Positions 1-8,576 of a stretch of 53,613 bases of DNA are shown in pieces. The notes beneath the pieces were generated by a model. That model was given only the letters and a program-made list of their open reading frames with translations, was not told the origin of the DNA and searched no databases. Positions within the stretch are counted from its first letter, which is position 1. The number at the start of each line of letters is the position of its first letter. The translations under genes were made by a program, and so were the position numbers. The stretch comes from Opitutia bacterium (GTDB lineage Bacteria > Verrucomicrobiota > Verrucomicrobiia > Opitutales > UBA953), in contig CANHRV010000001.1 in assembly GCA_947463395.1 (NCBI GenBank), positions 1-53,613 on the forward strand, read 5' to 3'.

Positions 1-356
1 ATACAGATAATCCAAGTTAAACGTGGTGCTTCCTTTTTTATAAAACCCTCCCGGCCGTATTCATCCTTCTCTAAGGTCATTTCTCCCGAGATTAATTTTT
101 GGGAGAGTAGTTGATGTCTTAAGGGATTGAGAATGGTTTCGCTGTACTGTGCCCAACTGATTTCCTCTTCCGTGGAAAGCGGAAGAATGATTAAATTTTC
201 TTCCGGTATTTTTCTTTTTCTAAGAAACGTTTGCGCGATTTGAATTCCCTCAGGGTTATTTTGATTAGCGACGACAATCGTGGTTGCAGGGTTAATCTCT
301 CCCTGAAGTAGAACAGGGAATGCGAGGAACCAGAACCATCGTACCCAGTGGCACAT
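1..356 (-). CDS. Secreted hypothetical protein, N-terminal part only (runs off the left edge); possibly TIGR03790-like
   Basis: I translated the minus strand by hand. ATG at 356 follows an in-frame TAG, and the frame stays open to position 1. It reads MCHWVRWFWFLAFPVLLQGEINPATTIVVANQNNPEGIQIAQTFLRKRKIPEENLIILPLSTEEEISW. The N-terminus is hydrophobic and signal-like. It is absent from the ORF track because no stop lies in the window. The family assignment is from memory only. Confidence 0.6.
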   Translation of the reverse strand, partial: MCHWVRWFWFLAFPVLLQGEINPATTIVVANQNNPEGIQIAQTFLRKRKIPEENLIILPLSTEEEISWAQYSETILNPLRHQLLSQKLISGEMTLEKDEYGREGFIKKEAPRLTWIIC

Positions 357-403
357 TCGGCAAAACTACGACTAAGTTTGACGGGCGAAAAGAAGGAAAT
401 GGC

Positions 404-1432
404 TTATTGGCTGGCTCGGAAGCGCTGATGATAATCCGTGATACCTGCAGCAATGGCCTCCGCGATTTTTTGTCGGTAGGCAGAATTCGCAATCTTGGCT
501 CCTTCTTCCTTGCTGGACATGAAACCACCTTCAATGAGGATTCCTGGGCAGTTTAGCGGGCGTAATACGGCAAAGCGTGCTCGTCTGACCCCACGGTCTT
601 CCGCACCAGTATTACTGACTAATCGTCTTTGTACGCTCCAAGCTAATTGGATATTGAAATAATCCATACGATTACCGGGCTCGGCTGTCACATCGGCTTT
701 CGCTTTGGCTTTGTTGGTCGAAAGTTGGCCAGTCGGAGTTAGGCAATAGGTTTCGATTCCTGAACTCGTCGTATCTCCAGGGCGTGAAGAATTGTAGTGC
801 AGGCTAATAAATAAATCGGCTTTAACTCGATTGGCGAGGGCAGGTCGATCATCGAGGTCGACAAACACATCCTCTTTTCGTGTCAGGATAATTTCGTAAC
901 CTCTTTTTTCTAAAAGATTTTTCAGACGTAATGCGGTATCGAGGGTGGCAATTTTTTCCGTATATTCAGTGCGATTGCATAATTTTCCTACGTCTTTTCC
1001 GCCGTGTCCCGGATCAATCACGATTCGTCGGAATCCTTTGGGAAGGGCATTGCTTCGCCATAAAAGAGGTACAAGAACTTTTTGATAATCAGTGCCTGTA
1101 ATAGTTAAGTTATCACGATAGACATCGACGCTTCGACTTAAGAAGACCTTGATTCCTCCAATCTCGAGATAAGGGACATTTTTTTCGGCATAAACATCGG
1201 GCACACCATTTCCGGTGAAACGCTCCGACCTAGCAGGATCGCCTTTGCGAAGCGCACTTTCGCGTAATCCTAATTGACGTAAAGAATCATCGAGCAAGAC
1301 CGTACTATCAGCGCGAAGCTCGACGCTAAAGACGATGAGTAAGAGTGAGCAAATCCCAAAAACTTTATCAGTGAGAGTTTTCACTGAGCGATTACTCTGG
1401 GTCGTTTTCTCCATTATCCACGCCCGAATCAT
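404..1432 (-). CDS. N-acetylmuramoyl-L-alanine amidase (Amidase_3, AmiC-like), exported
   Basis: Motifs IVIDPGHGGKDVG, ADLFISLHYNS and GILIEGGFMS, plus an N-terminal hydrophobic segment. An alternative ATG lies at 1414. Either start overlaps the 3' end of infC. Confidence 0.85.
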   Translation of the reverse strand: MIRAWIMEKTTQSNRSVKTLTDKVFGICSLLLIVFSVELRADSTVLLDDSLRQLGLRESALRKGDPARSERFTGNGVPDVYAEKNVPYLEIGGIKVFLSRSVDVYRDNLTITGTDYQKVLVPLLWRSNALPKGFRRIVIDPGHGGKDVGKLCNRTEYTEKIATLDTALRLKNLLEKRGYEIILTRKEDVFVDLDDRPALANRVKADLFISLHYNSSRPGDTTSSGIETYCLTPTGQLSTNKAKAKADVTAEPGNRMDYFNIQLAWSVQRRLVSNTGAEDRGVRRARFAVLRPLNCPGILIEGGFMSSKEEGAKIANSAYRQKIAEAIAAGITDYHQRFRASQ

Positions 1433-2066
1433 CTTCTAAGTCGTCTTCGGCGGGCTCTGCATTATGGATGAGTTTGCGACGATTCGCTTGCAAGGGTGTC
1501 AGGCCAACCACGATGGCACGACCTGCACGCTTGGGGACATTATCGCAGGTGGAAATGTGTGATAATTCGGCGATGGCACGATTCATTGTATCCATTCCGA
1601 TTTCAGGGTGCTCCAGTTCGCGGAAACGATATTGCAGGAGCAATTTCACTTTGTGTCCGTGATAAAGGAAATTTTCAGCCCGACGGACTTTGATCATCAA
1701 ATCGTGGATATCGATTCGAGGGCGTAATTTTAATTCTTTAACTTTGGAAGCGGTTTTCTGGTGTTTATGTTTCTTTGCTTCTTCGTAAAGATACTTGCCG
1801 TATTCAATCAACTTGCAGACGGGAGGATTAGCGCTCGCAGCAATTTCAATTAAATCGACGCCGAACTCATTCGCGAGTTCGAGAGCTTTGGGTGTGGGCA
1901 TAATACCCAGCATTTCTCCTTTGGGAGAGATGACGCGCACTTCGGGAGCACGAATTCGATCGTTTCTTCTAGGGCCCTTGTCCTCGCGACTCCTTGATGC
2001 AGGACGCTGGGGTTGATTCGAGGAAGAGTTGGAGCGAGGGCTATTCGGGCGATAAGGCGTGGCCAT
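1392..2066 (-). CDS. infC: Translation initiation factor IF-3 with low-complexity N-terminal and acidic C-terminal extensions
   Basis: IRAPEVRVISPKGEMLGIMPTPKALELANEFGVDLIEI and PPVCKLIEYGKYLYE match the IF-3 N and C domains. ATG at 2066 (MATPYR); the track ORF extends to a TTG at 2126. The true start is uncertain. Confidence 0.85.
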   Translation of the reverse strand: MATPYRPNSPRSNSSSNQPQRPASRSREDKGPRRNDRIRAPEVRVISPKGEMLGIMPTPKALELANEFGVDLIEIAASANPPVCKLIEYGKYLYEEAKKHKHQKTASKVKELKLRPRIDIHDLMIKVRRAENFLYHGHKVKLLLQYRFRELEHPEIGMDTMNRAIAELSHISTCDNVPKRAGRAIVVGLTPLQANRRKLIHNAEPAEDDLEDDSGVDNGENDPE

Positions 2067-2159
2067 TAGATAACTTCGGACGTGTCGTAGTTCGGACAAC
2101 TTCTCTGTTTCATGCCCGAGATTCAAGCACCGATTACAATAAACCGCATCAGGGTGGAT

Positions 2160-2639
2160 TTATTTCAATCCCTTGATAGCCTCAAGAATCTGCTCTCCAT
2201 GCTTGGCTGCATCAATCTTAGGGATGACACCAAGGAGTTTGCCCTTGGGGTCGAATAGGTAGGCGGCCCGAGCAGGCCCAAGATACTTTTTGCCATACAT
2301 GGACTTTTCAATCATCCCGTCCATCGCCTTAGAAAATTGGTCCTCAGGATCCGCAATAAGGGTGTAATCATAACCGTGCTTTTTTGCGTATTTGGCATGA
2401 GAAGCAATAGGGTCTCTGGAAACAGCTACGATTCTAAAACCTTGTTTAGCAACGAGTTGCTGATATTTCTCGAGTTCCTTTGTCTGCTTATCGCAGGCCG
2501 AGGTGTTGTTTCTCATATAAACCGAAACCACAGTGGGTTTTCCTTCAAGGAATTCGGCCATGGGTTTTTGTACTACTTTACCCTTATCGAGGGCCACGAC
2601 TTTGAAGTTAAGTTTGGGCTTAGTTCCTGGTTTTAGCAT
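2160..2639 (-). CDS. bcp: Peroxiredoxin, Bcp/AhpC-TSA family
   Basis: MLKPGTKPKLNFKVVALDKGK, GKPTVVSVYMRNNTSAC (T-x-x-C peroxidatic motif) and FRIVAVSRDPIASHAKYAKKHG. Start chosen at ATG 2639; the track ORF starts at 2702. Confidence 0.75.
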   Translation of the reverse strand: MLKPGTKPKLNFKVVALDKGKVVQKPMAEFLEGKPTVVSVYMRNNTSACDKQTKELEKYQQLVAKQGFRIVAVSRDPIASHAKYAKKHGYDYTLIADPEDQFSKAMDGMIEKSMYGKKYLGPARAAYLFDPKGKLLGVIPKIDAAKHGEQILEAIKGLK

Positions 2640-2723
2640 AATGCGATTTTGTCTTGGAAAGAAACTAAACGCAAGTGATCCGAGCTTTTTCGTGGTTTGC
2701 ACTTTATGGGGGATGGTTTCTAA

Positions 2724-3986
2724 ATGGGTGAAATGATTCGTGGATTAATCCTCGCTTGTCTGTGCACACTAAGCTTAAGGGCAGAAACTCTTGTGCTAGA
2801 CTCGGTGCTCTCCGATAAAGATTTAACAACGACGAACGCCGACAACTTCATCCAAAAATACCCTCAGTTTATTTTAAATTCATCTTTAAAAGACTCTGCT
2901 CGTATCGATGGGAAAAAACTTCCGACCCAATTTCTTCAATTGCCTTTGGTTGAGTCGGTCATGCGTTTCGACTCTGGACAGAACGAGTTGACTCTTTTGC
3001 TCTACTCTAATGGAGATAGCGGAGAAATTGGTCGGGAAAAATTTGAGGCTCTTGTTGAAAACCTTAAATCTGCTTTAACCAAACAATTTAAGCAACCAAC
3101 CACACTAGCCGAAACTTCCAGTATCGTTCGAGCTAAAGGATTAGCGTGGAAAACCCCTGCTGGTATTGCTCGTTTAGAGTGGAGTAGCACGCGCGCCAAT
3201 CCAGCCAAAGGTCAAGAATACCGTTCGGAATTTGTTCGGGTTGTCATCGTGGGCGAGGCCAAGAAATTAGCCGCCCAAAGCCCAGAGAAATGGTTAGCGG
3301 TTAATCAACTACGAACCAACCCTGAGGGTGATAAATGGATCGGCACGGTACCGATGGTGGATCAAGGTGAGAAGGGTTACTGTGCAGTCGCCGTTTCGGA
3401 ACGTATCATTCGTTACTACGGCAAAGATGCCGACCTGAACGAAATCGCCCAAGCGATGCAAACGGGTAATAAAACGGGAACGAGTTCGCTTGAATTTACC
3501 AATCAAATGCAACGTATCGCCTCACGCTTTGCTTTGCGTTTTCAAGTCATTCAATCAGCTTCGGATACAGGATTTGTGGGTGATATAGTTCGTGATTATA
3601 TCAAGGCCGCTAAGAAAAAAGGCGGTACTTCATCGGCACCTGAATTAAGTACCAATAGTTTTTACACCGTTTTACCTAAATTGGATATGGACCTTCTAAG
3701 AGAGGTACGTGTCGCCGACAAAAAGGGCGTTGCTCGATTCGAAAAGATTGTCACTGCCTCCGTTGATCGCGGGGAGCCTTTGATTTGGGGTGTCGAAATG
3801 GGTATTAGCCCTGAAGAAGGTAACCCCCAGGCCAAGGGTGGACATTTACGGCTAATTATTGGCTATAATACGGGTAAAAAGGAAATTTTGTATACGGATA
3901 GTTGGGGTCCAGCTCATGAATTAAAGCGCATGTCCACCGAGAATGCTTGGTCCAAGACCTTCCATTTATATTCGATGAAGCCCTAA
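2724..3986 (+). CDS. Secreted hypothetical protein with a C-terminal papain-fold (C39-like) cysteine peptidase domain
   Basis: Signal-like N-terminus LILACLCTLSLRA. The putative triad context is VDQGEKGYCAVAV (Gln 6 residues before Cys, as in papain), GGHLRLIIGYN and ILYTDSWG. Confidence 0.55.
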   Translation: MGEMIRGLILACLCTLSLRAETLVLDSVLSDKDLTTTNADNFIQKYPQFILNSSLKDSARIDGKKLPTQFLQLPLVESVMRFDSGQNELTLLLYSNGDSGEIGREKFEALVENLKSALTKQFKQPTTLAETSSIVRAKGLAWKTPAGIARLEWSSTRANPAKGQEYRSEFVRVVIVGEAKKLAAQSPEKWLAVNQLRTNPEGDKWIGTVPMVDQGEKGYCAVAVSERIIRYYGKDADLNEIAQAMQTGNKTGTSSLEFTNQMQRIASRFALRFQVIQSASDTGFVGDIVRDYIKAAKKKGGTSSAPELSTNSFYTVLPKLDMDLLREVRVADKKGVARFEKIVTASVDRGEPLIWGVEMGISPEEGNPQAKGGHLRLIIGYNTGKKEILYTDSWGPAHELKRMSTENAWSKTFHLYSMKP

Positions 3987-4068
3987 GCCAGAGGGTTGGG
4001 GCAGGGGGATGTGCTAATTCACACTTTACAACCCTTCCCCCATACTCTTTGTTCCGACCCTTTCCGCC

Positions 4069-4260
4069 ATGCAAAAGACCCGCAAGTCAGTCTCCAAGCG
4101 CTTTAAGGTAACCGGTACCGGCAAGGTAATGCGTCGTTCCCCTAATACACGCCACCTTCTCAGCTCTAAATCCCGCAAGCAGCGCCGTCGTGCCAATAAA
4201 TCCAAGCGCGTCGATTCTGGTTTTGAGAAGAAGATGCTGGCCTCGATGCCTTTTGCGTAA
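4069..4260 (+). CDS. rpmI: 50S ribosomal protein L35
   Basis: MQKTRKSVSKRFKVTGTGKVMRR; 63 aa, highly basic, immediately upstream of rplT. Confidence 0.9.
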   Translation: MQKTRKSVSKRFKVTGTGKVMRRSPNTRHLLSSKSRKQRRRANKSKRVDSGFEKKMLASMPFA

Positions 4261-4341
4261 ATCTCTTTTAATCCTTTGACCGAACGGGTGTTCATTAAGG
4301 CGACCCCGAGGTCATTAACCAACCAAAACTAAAATACCAAC

Positions 4342-4698
4342 ATGCCTAGAGCAACTAACGGCCCCGCCACTAAAGCACGCAAACGTCGTGCCATTCGTGC
4401 TGCGAAGGGTTACTTCGGAAACAAATCACGCTTGTATGTCTACGCTCTCGAAGCCGTACAACGCGCTCAAAAATTCGCTTACCGCGATCGTCGCAAAAAT
4501 AAGTCGACCTTCCGCCAATTGTGGATTGTGCGATTGAACGCTGCCTGCCGTCCTCACGGCATCAGCTATAGCCGTCTCGTCAATGGCTTGAAGAAAGCCA
4601 ATATCACGATTGACCGCAAGAACCTCAGCGAGCTCGCCATTCACGATGCGCCGGCTTTTGAGGCGATTGTCGCCAAGGCCAAAGCCGCCCTCGCTTAA
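4342..4698 (+). CDS. rplT: 50S ribosomal protein L20
   Basis: MPRATNGPATKARKRRAIRAAKGYFGNKSRLY and FRQLWIVRLNAA. Confidence 0.95.
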   Translation: MPRATNGPATKARKRRAIRAAKGYFGNKSRLYVYALEAVQRAQKFAYRDRRKNKSTFRQLWIVRLNAACRPHGISYSRLVNGLKKANITIDRKNLSELAIHDAPAFEAIVAKAKAALA

Positions 4699-4716
4699 AT
4701 AACCTTTGTCTGGTTT

Positions 4717-4753
4717 AACGAGGCCCCGGCATTACCGGGGCCTCGTTGTTTCT
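4717..4753 (+). terminator. Intrinsic terminator or attenuator hairpin between rplT and pheS
   Basis: Perfect 13-bp stem aacgaggccccgg / ccggggcctcgtt with loop catta, followed by gtttct. Confidence 0.7.
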
Positions 4754-4801
4754 GGGTGCTTTCGCTTGCCGATTCCCTCAGCAACCGCACAAATCTTACC
4801 C

Positions 4802-5842
4802 ATGCAACAGTCGTTAGCTCAACTCGTAGCCCAAGCGAATCAGGAAGCCCAAGTCATTAAAACTCGGGCAGAGATGGAGGCGTTTAAGGCTAGGATTGTC
4901 GGACCGAATGGTAGCCTGACGGCGATGATGAAAAATATGGTAACGCTTTCCAAAGAAGAGCGTCCTGTGATGGGTAAGTTGATTAATGAGGCGAAAAAAT
5001 CGATTGAGGAATTGCTCGCGAGTTTATTGTTAAAAATCGAGGACACGGAAATCAGTGCTACTTTAGGAGCACCGCTCGACCCAACACTTCCTGCCATCGA
5101 TCCTCCCGCAGGATACCATCATCCTTTGTCCCAAACCCGAGAACGTATTCTTTCCACTTTTCGTAAATTAGGTTTTACGGTCGCAGAAGGTCCAGAGATT
5201 GAAACGGAGTGGCATTGCTTTGATGCTTTGAACACACCCGCCGATCACCCCGCTCGGGACATGCAAGATACGCTCTATCTGCCACAGAGTTTTCAATCGG
5301 CCGATGCCCCGCGACGTGGTCAAGAGGCATTGGTACTTCGCACGCACACCTCGAGTGTCCAGGTTCGTACGATGCTAAGCCGTAAACCACCTTTGCGTAT
5401 TGTGGCTCCTGGTCGCTGTTTTCGACGCGATGCAGTCGATGCAACGCACTCGGCTAATTTTCATCAAGTAGAAGGACTCTGGATTGATCGCCATGTGACT
5501 CTCGCCGATCTCCGCGGAGTTCTCGATTTCTTTGTCAAAGAGACTTTCGGTCCTGAGGCGGAGATTCGTTTACGGCCTTCGTTCTTCCCTTTTACGGAGC
5601 CGAGTTTTGAAATGGATTTACGTTCTCCCAATCTCGGTCGACTATCAAACCGTTGGTTAGAAATCATGGGCTGCGGTTTGGTGGATCCCGCCGTTCTCAA
5701 AAATTGTGGTCTGAATCCAGAGGAGTATTCGGGCTTAGCTTTTGGTCTCGGTCTCGAGCGCATTGCGATGTTGCTCCATGGTATCGATGACATTCGCCAC
5801 TTTTATCAAAACGATCTGCGCTTCTTGCGCCAGTTTGCCTAA
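4802..5842 (+). CDS. pheS: Phenylalanine--tRNA ligase alpha subunit
   Basis: HPARDMQDTLYL, LRTHTSSVQVR, FRRD, FFPFTEPSFE and GLGLERIAML. Start at ATG 4802, because the longer track ORF (4706) would run through the terminator hairpin. Confidence 0.93.
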   Translation: MQQSLAQLVAQANQEAQVIKTRAEMEAFKARIVGPNGSLTAMMKNMVTLSKEERPVMGKLINEAKKSIEELLASLLLKIEDTEISATLGAPLDPTLPAIDPPAGYHHPLSQTRERILSTFRKLGFTVAEGPEIETEWHCFDALNTPADHPARDMQDTLYLPQSFQSADAPRRGQEALVLRTHTSSVQVRTMLSRKPPLRIVAPGRCFRRDAVDATHSANFHQVEGLWIDRHVTLADLRGVLDFFVKETFGPEAEIRLRPSFFPFTEPSFEMDLRSPNLGRLSNRWLEIMGCGLVDPAVLKNCGLNPEEYSGLAFGLGLERIAMLLHGIDDIRHFYQNDLRFLRQFA

Positions 5843-5845
5843 GTC

Positions 5846-8281
5846 ATGAAAGTTTCTTTCCAAGCACTTCAACGCCACGTCGACCTTGCAGGAATTACCC
5901 CAGAGCGACTCGCTGAAGTTTTACCGATGTTGGGTCTGGAGGTTGAGTCGATTCACGCCTTCGGCTTAGCTCCACTTCCGCTTGTTGTGGTGGGAGAGAT
6001 TCTCGAATTCACCAAACACCCTCAAGCAGACCGTTTGAGTGTTTGTAAAGTCGATGTTGGTGATGGTCAGCCTCGTCAGATTGTTTGCGGAGCGAAAAAT
6101 TTTAAGACAGGTGATCGTGTACCCTTGGCCTTGCCTGGTACAATCATGCCTGGCGGTTTTGAAATCAAAGTTTCCAAACTTCGTGAGGTTGAGTCGATGG
6201 GCATGATGTGTTCAGCCGAGGAACTCGGTTTGGGTAAAGGCGAGGACGGATTACTTATTTTGACGGCACAAAAACCTGTGGTTGGTACTCCGTTGAATCA
6301 AATTTTTGGCGCACCCGATACGGTGTTAGAAATTTCTGTCACTCCCAACCGTGGAGATTGCTTGGGCTTGCGTGGTATAGCTCGCGAAATTGCGGCGGCA
6401 CTCGGCTTAACTTTAAAGCCTCTTTCTCTCAAAACGCCTGCTGGCTTGGTTGCACAGCCATCCGCGACAGATGCTTTCCGTTACATCCAGTTAAATTCTG
6501 AGTTTTGTCCTTATTACACTGCTCGCACTTTACGAAAAGTTAAAGTGGGACCGAGCCCTGAATGGATGCGCCGTGACTTGGAAGCCGCTGGTCTTCGTCC
6601 GATTAATAACGTCGTGGATATCACCAATTGGGTGATGTTGGAGTTAGGACAACCTTTGCATGCTTTCGATGCCAAACAAGTGCAGGAAGGAATTGTCATT
6701 CGTGGAGCCAAGGCGGGAGAAGAGCTGACTTTACTCGATGGTAAAAAATATCAACTCGAGGCTGGAACGTGTGTGATTGCTGATTCTCACCGTCCTTTGG
6801 TTCTCGCAGGCGTGATGGGTGGCGTTGATAGCGGTGTGACTTCATCGACCACAGACGTTATTTTAGAGTCAGCCTGGTTCCGTCCAGGTGAGGTGCGTCG
6901 AGTCGCTCGTCGTGCTGGCGTTGCCACCGATTCTTCTCATCGTTTTGCTCGCGACGTCGATCCTGCTGGCGTCGAGCTCGCTTCACGTTTAGCAACCGAT
7001 TTGTTGGTTGCCCACGCTGGAGCTGAGGTTTTCGGCCCAGCGGTCGTCGCTGGTAAGCCACCTCGTGCTGAGGTTAAAATTGAATTACCAGCTGGCTTTG
7101 TCGCACAAAAGACGGGGACATCTGTGTCGGAGGCTGAAGTAGCTAAGTGCTTAGAGCGTCTCGGTTTTACGATTGAGAAAACAACTTCTGGATTATCGGT
7201 CGTTGTTCCCTCTTTTCGTTCCGATGTCACTCGCCCCATCGATTGTGTCGAAGAATTTATCCGTATTTATGGAACGGAACGCGTTCCGGTCGGTCGTCCG
7301 ATTGCACCTTTGCCTGGAGAGGAAGATACTCGCTCTTCACTTTTTACTAAAGAGGTTTCCTCTCGTTTAGTCGGAGCAGGTTTTACGGAATGTTGTCATT
7401 ACACATTACGTGAGGCGGGAGAAATCGAACGCACTTTAGGCAAGTCGGCTCTCACGCAATTAGCTTTAGAAAATCCTCTCACGGCCGATCAAACGCACAT
7501 TCGGGCTTCATTGCTTCCTGGTTTAGCGGGAGCTTTAGCTCATAATCTCTCCGTGCACGCTGATCCCGCTGGATTGTTTGAAGTCGGTGTTGTTTTCCGT
7601 CCGCAGTCCGATGGTACGATTCGAGAATTTCTTTCCGTTGCTTTTGTTACACCGGCTTCTTCGGTTGTACGAACTTGGAAATCACGGGAGGCTTGGGATG
7701 GATTGAAAGCAAAACGATTCCTTCTCGATACAGCGGCCTTGGCCAATCTTTCGGCTTCGCGACTGGGTTTTGCCGCACAGAGCGATGGATTATGGCAGAA
7801 AGATCAATCAGCTGCCTTGGTGGATCGCGGTCGTTCTGCACAAGGGGCTTGTGGTATCCTTGATTTGCGTTGGACGCGCAGTCTGGGCATTAAAGGCACG
7901 GTCATTGCGGGAGAGTTTATGCTCCCACGTTCCGCTTTCACCGAATCGGTCCGTACTCCTCGTTTTTCGGCCTTCTCCTCTTTCCCTCCCGCAACGCGCG
8001 ATGTTGCTGTTATCGTTCCACAAAACACTTCCGCAGCTGAGGTCTTGAGTCGGGTGCAACAATCCGCGCAAAAGGCAGCGGCGAAAGAATTTGAACTCGA
8101 GGCGGTTCATTGCTTCGACGTTTTCTGTGGTCCAGGATTACCAGAAGGTAATAACAGTTTGGCTTTCGAAATTCGCTGGCGCCATTCTTCACGTACTTTG
8201 ACTGACGAAGAAGCCAATCGTGCGATGGGCGTTGTCATTGCGGCTTTAGAAAAAGGAGCGGGTTGGACAATCCGACGTTAA
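5846..8281 (+). CDS. pheT: Phenylalanine--tRNA ligase beta subunit
   Basis: 811 aa. It has a tRNA-binding N-domain (VVVGEILEFTKHPQADRLSVCKVDVG), B3/4 and B5 regions and a C-terminal FDX-ACB-like end. It starts 3 nt after pheS. Confidence 0.93.
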   Translation: MKVSFQALQRHVDLAGITPERLAEVLPMLGLEVESIHAFGLAPLPLVVVGEILEFTKHPQADRLSVCKVDVGDGQPRQIVCGAKNFKTGDRVPLALPGTIMPGGFEIKVSKLREVESMGMMCSAEELGLGKGEDGLLILTAQKPVVGTPLNQIFGAPDTVLEISVTPNRGDCLGLRGIAREIAAALGLTLKPLSLKTPAGLVAQPSATDAFRYIQLNSEFCPYYTARTLRKVKVGPSPEWMRRDLEAAGLRPINNVVDITNWVMLELGQPLHAFDAKQVQEGIVIRGAKAGEELTLLDGKKYQLEAGTCVIADSHRPLVLAGVMGGVDSGVTSSTTDVILESAWFRPGEVRRVARRAGVATDSSHRFARDVDPAGVELASRLATDLLVAHAGAEVFGPAVVAGKPPRAEVKIELPAGFVAQKTGTSVSEAEVAKCLERLGFTIEKTTSGLSVVVPSFRSDVTRPIDCVEEFIRIYGTERVPVGRPIAPLPGEEDTRSSLFTKEVSSRLVGAGFTECCHYTLREAGEIERTLGKSALTQLALENPLTADQTHIRASLLPGLAGALAHNLSVHADPAGLFEVGVVFRPQSDGTIREFLSVAFVTPASSVVRTWKSREAWDGLKAKRFLLDTAALANLSASRLGFAAQSDGLWQKDQSAALVDRGRSAQGACGILDLRWTRSLGIKGTVIAGEFMLPRSAFTESVRTPRFSAFSSFPPATRDVAVIVPQNTSAAEVLSRVQQSAQKAAAKEFELEAVHCFDVFCGPGLPEGNNSLAFEIRWRHSSRTLTDEEANRAMGVVIAALEKGAGWTIRR

Positions 8282-8284
8282 TTT

Positions 8285-8575
8285 ATGGCTAAAGGATTTG
8301 ATATCGACCATCTCGCAAAATTGGCACGTTTGCAATTGAGTGCCGAAGAAAAGACTTTGTACTCAAATCAACTCAATCAGGTTCTGACTTATTTTGAGAC
8401 TTTAGCCCGTGCCGACCTGCCACCTGTTGCCGATGTCGCACAGGTGGTCGAAGAGAGTGCTTTACGCGAAGATATTCCAAGTCAGCCACTCGGTTCTGAG
8501 GCCGTTACTAAAATTGCACCCGCTGCACGCGATGGACAAATCTCAGTTCCTCGTGTGGTTGATGACGAATCCTGA
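8285..8575 (+). CDS. gatC: Asp/Glu-tRNA(Asn/Gln) amidotransferase subunit C
   Basis: 96 aa; IDHLAKLARLQLSAEEKTLYSNQLNQVLTYFE; directly upstream of gatA. Confidence 0.9.
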   Translation: MAKGFDIDHLAKLARLQLSAEEKTLYSNQLNQVLTYFETLARADLPPVADVAQVVEESALREDIPSQPLGSEAVTKIAPAARDGQISVPRVVDDES

Positions 8576-8576
8576 T

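Noticed and set aside
4706-4801. Upstream extension of the pheS ORF.
   Set aside because: It would translate through the 13-bp terminator hairpin at 4717-4753. The conserved PheS N-terminus starts at ATG 4802.
8322-8334. Sigma-54 promoter-like TGGCAC...TTGC.
   Set aside because: The spacing between the GG and GC elements is about 9 nt, not the canonical 11, and it lies inside the gatC coding sequence. Other TGGCAC occurrences (about 349, 1514, 1574, 22324) lack a correctly spaced TTGC.
8409-8576. Upstream extension of the gatA ORF that overlaps most of gatC in another frame.
   Set aside because: The conserved GatA sequence begins at ATG 8577, 1 nt after the gatC stop. The extension has no similarity to GatA N-termini.
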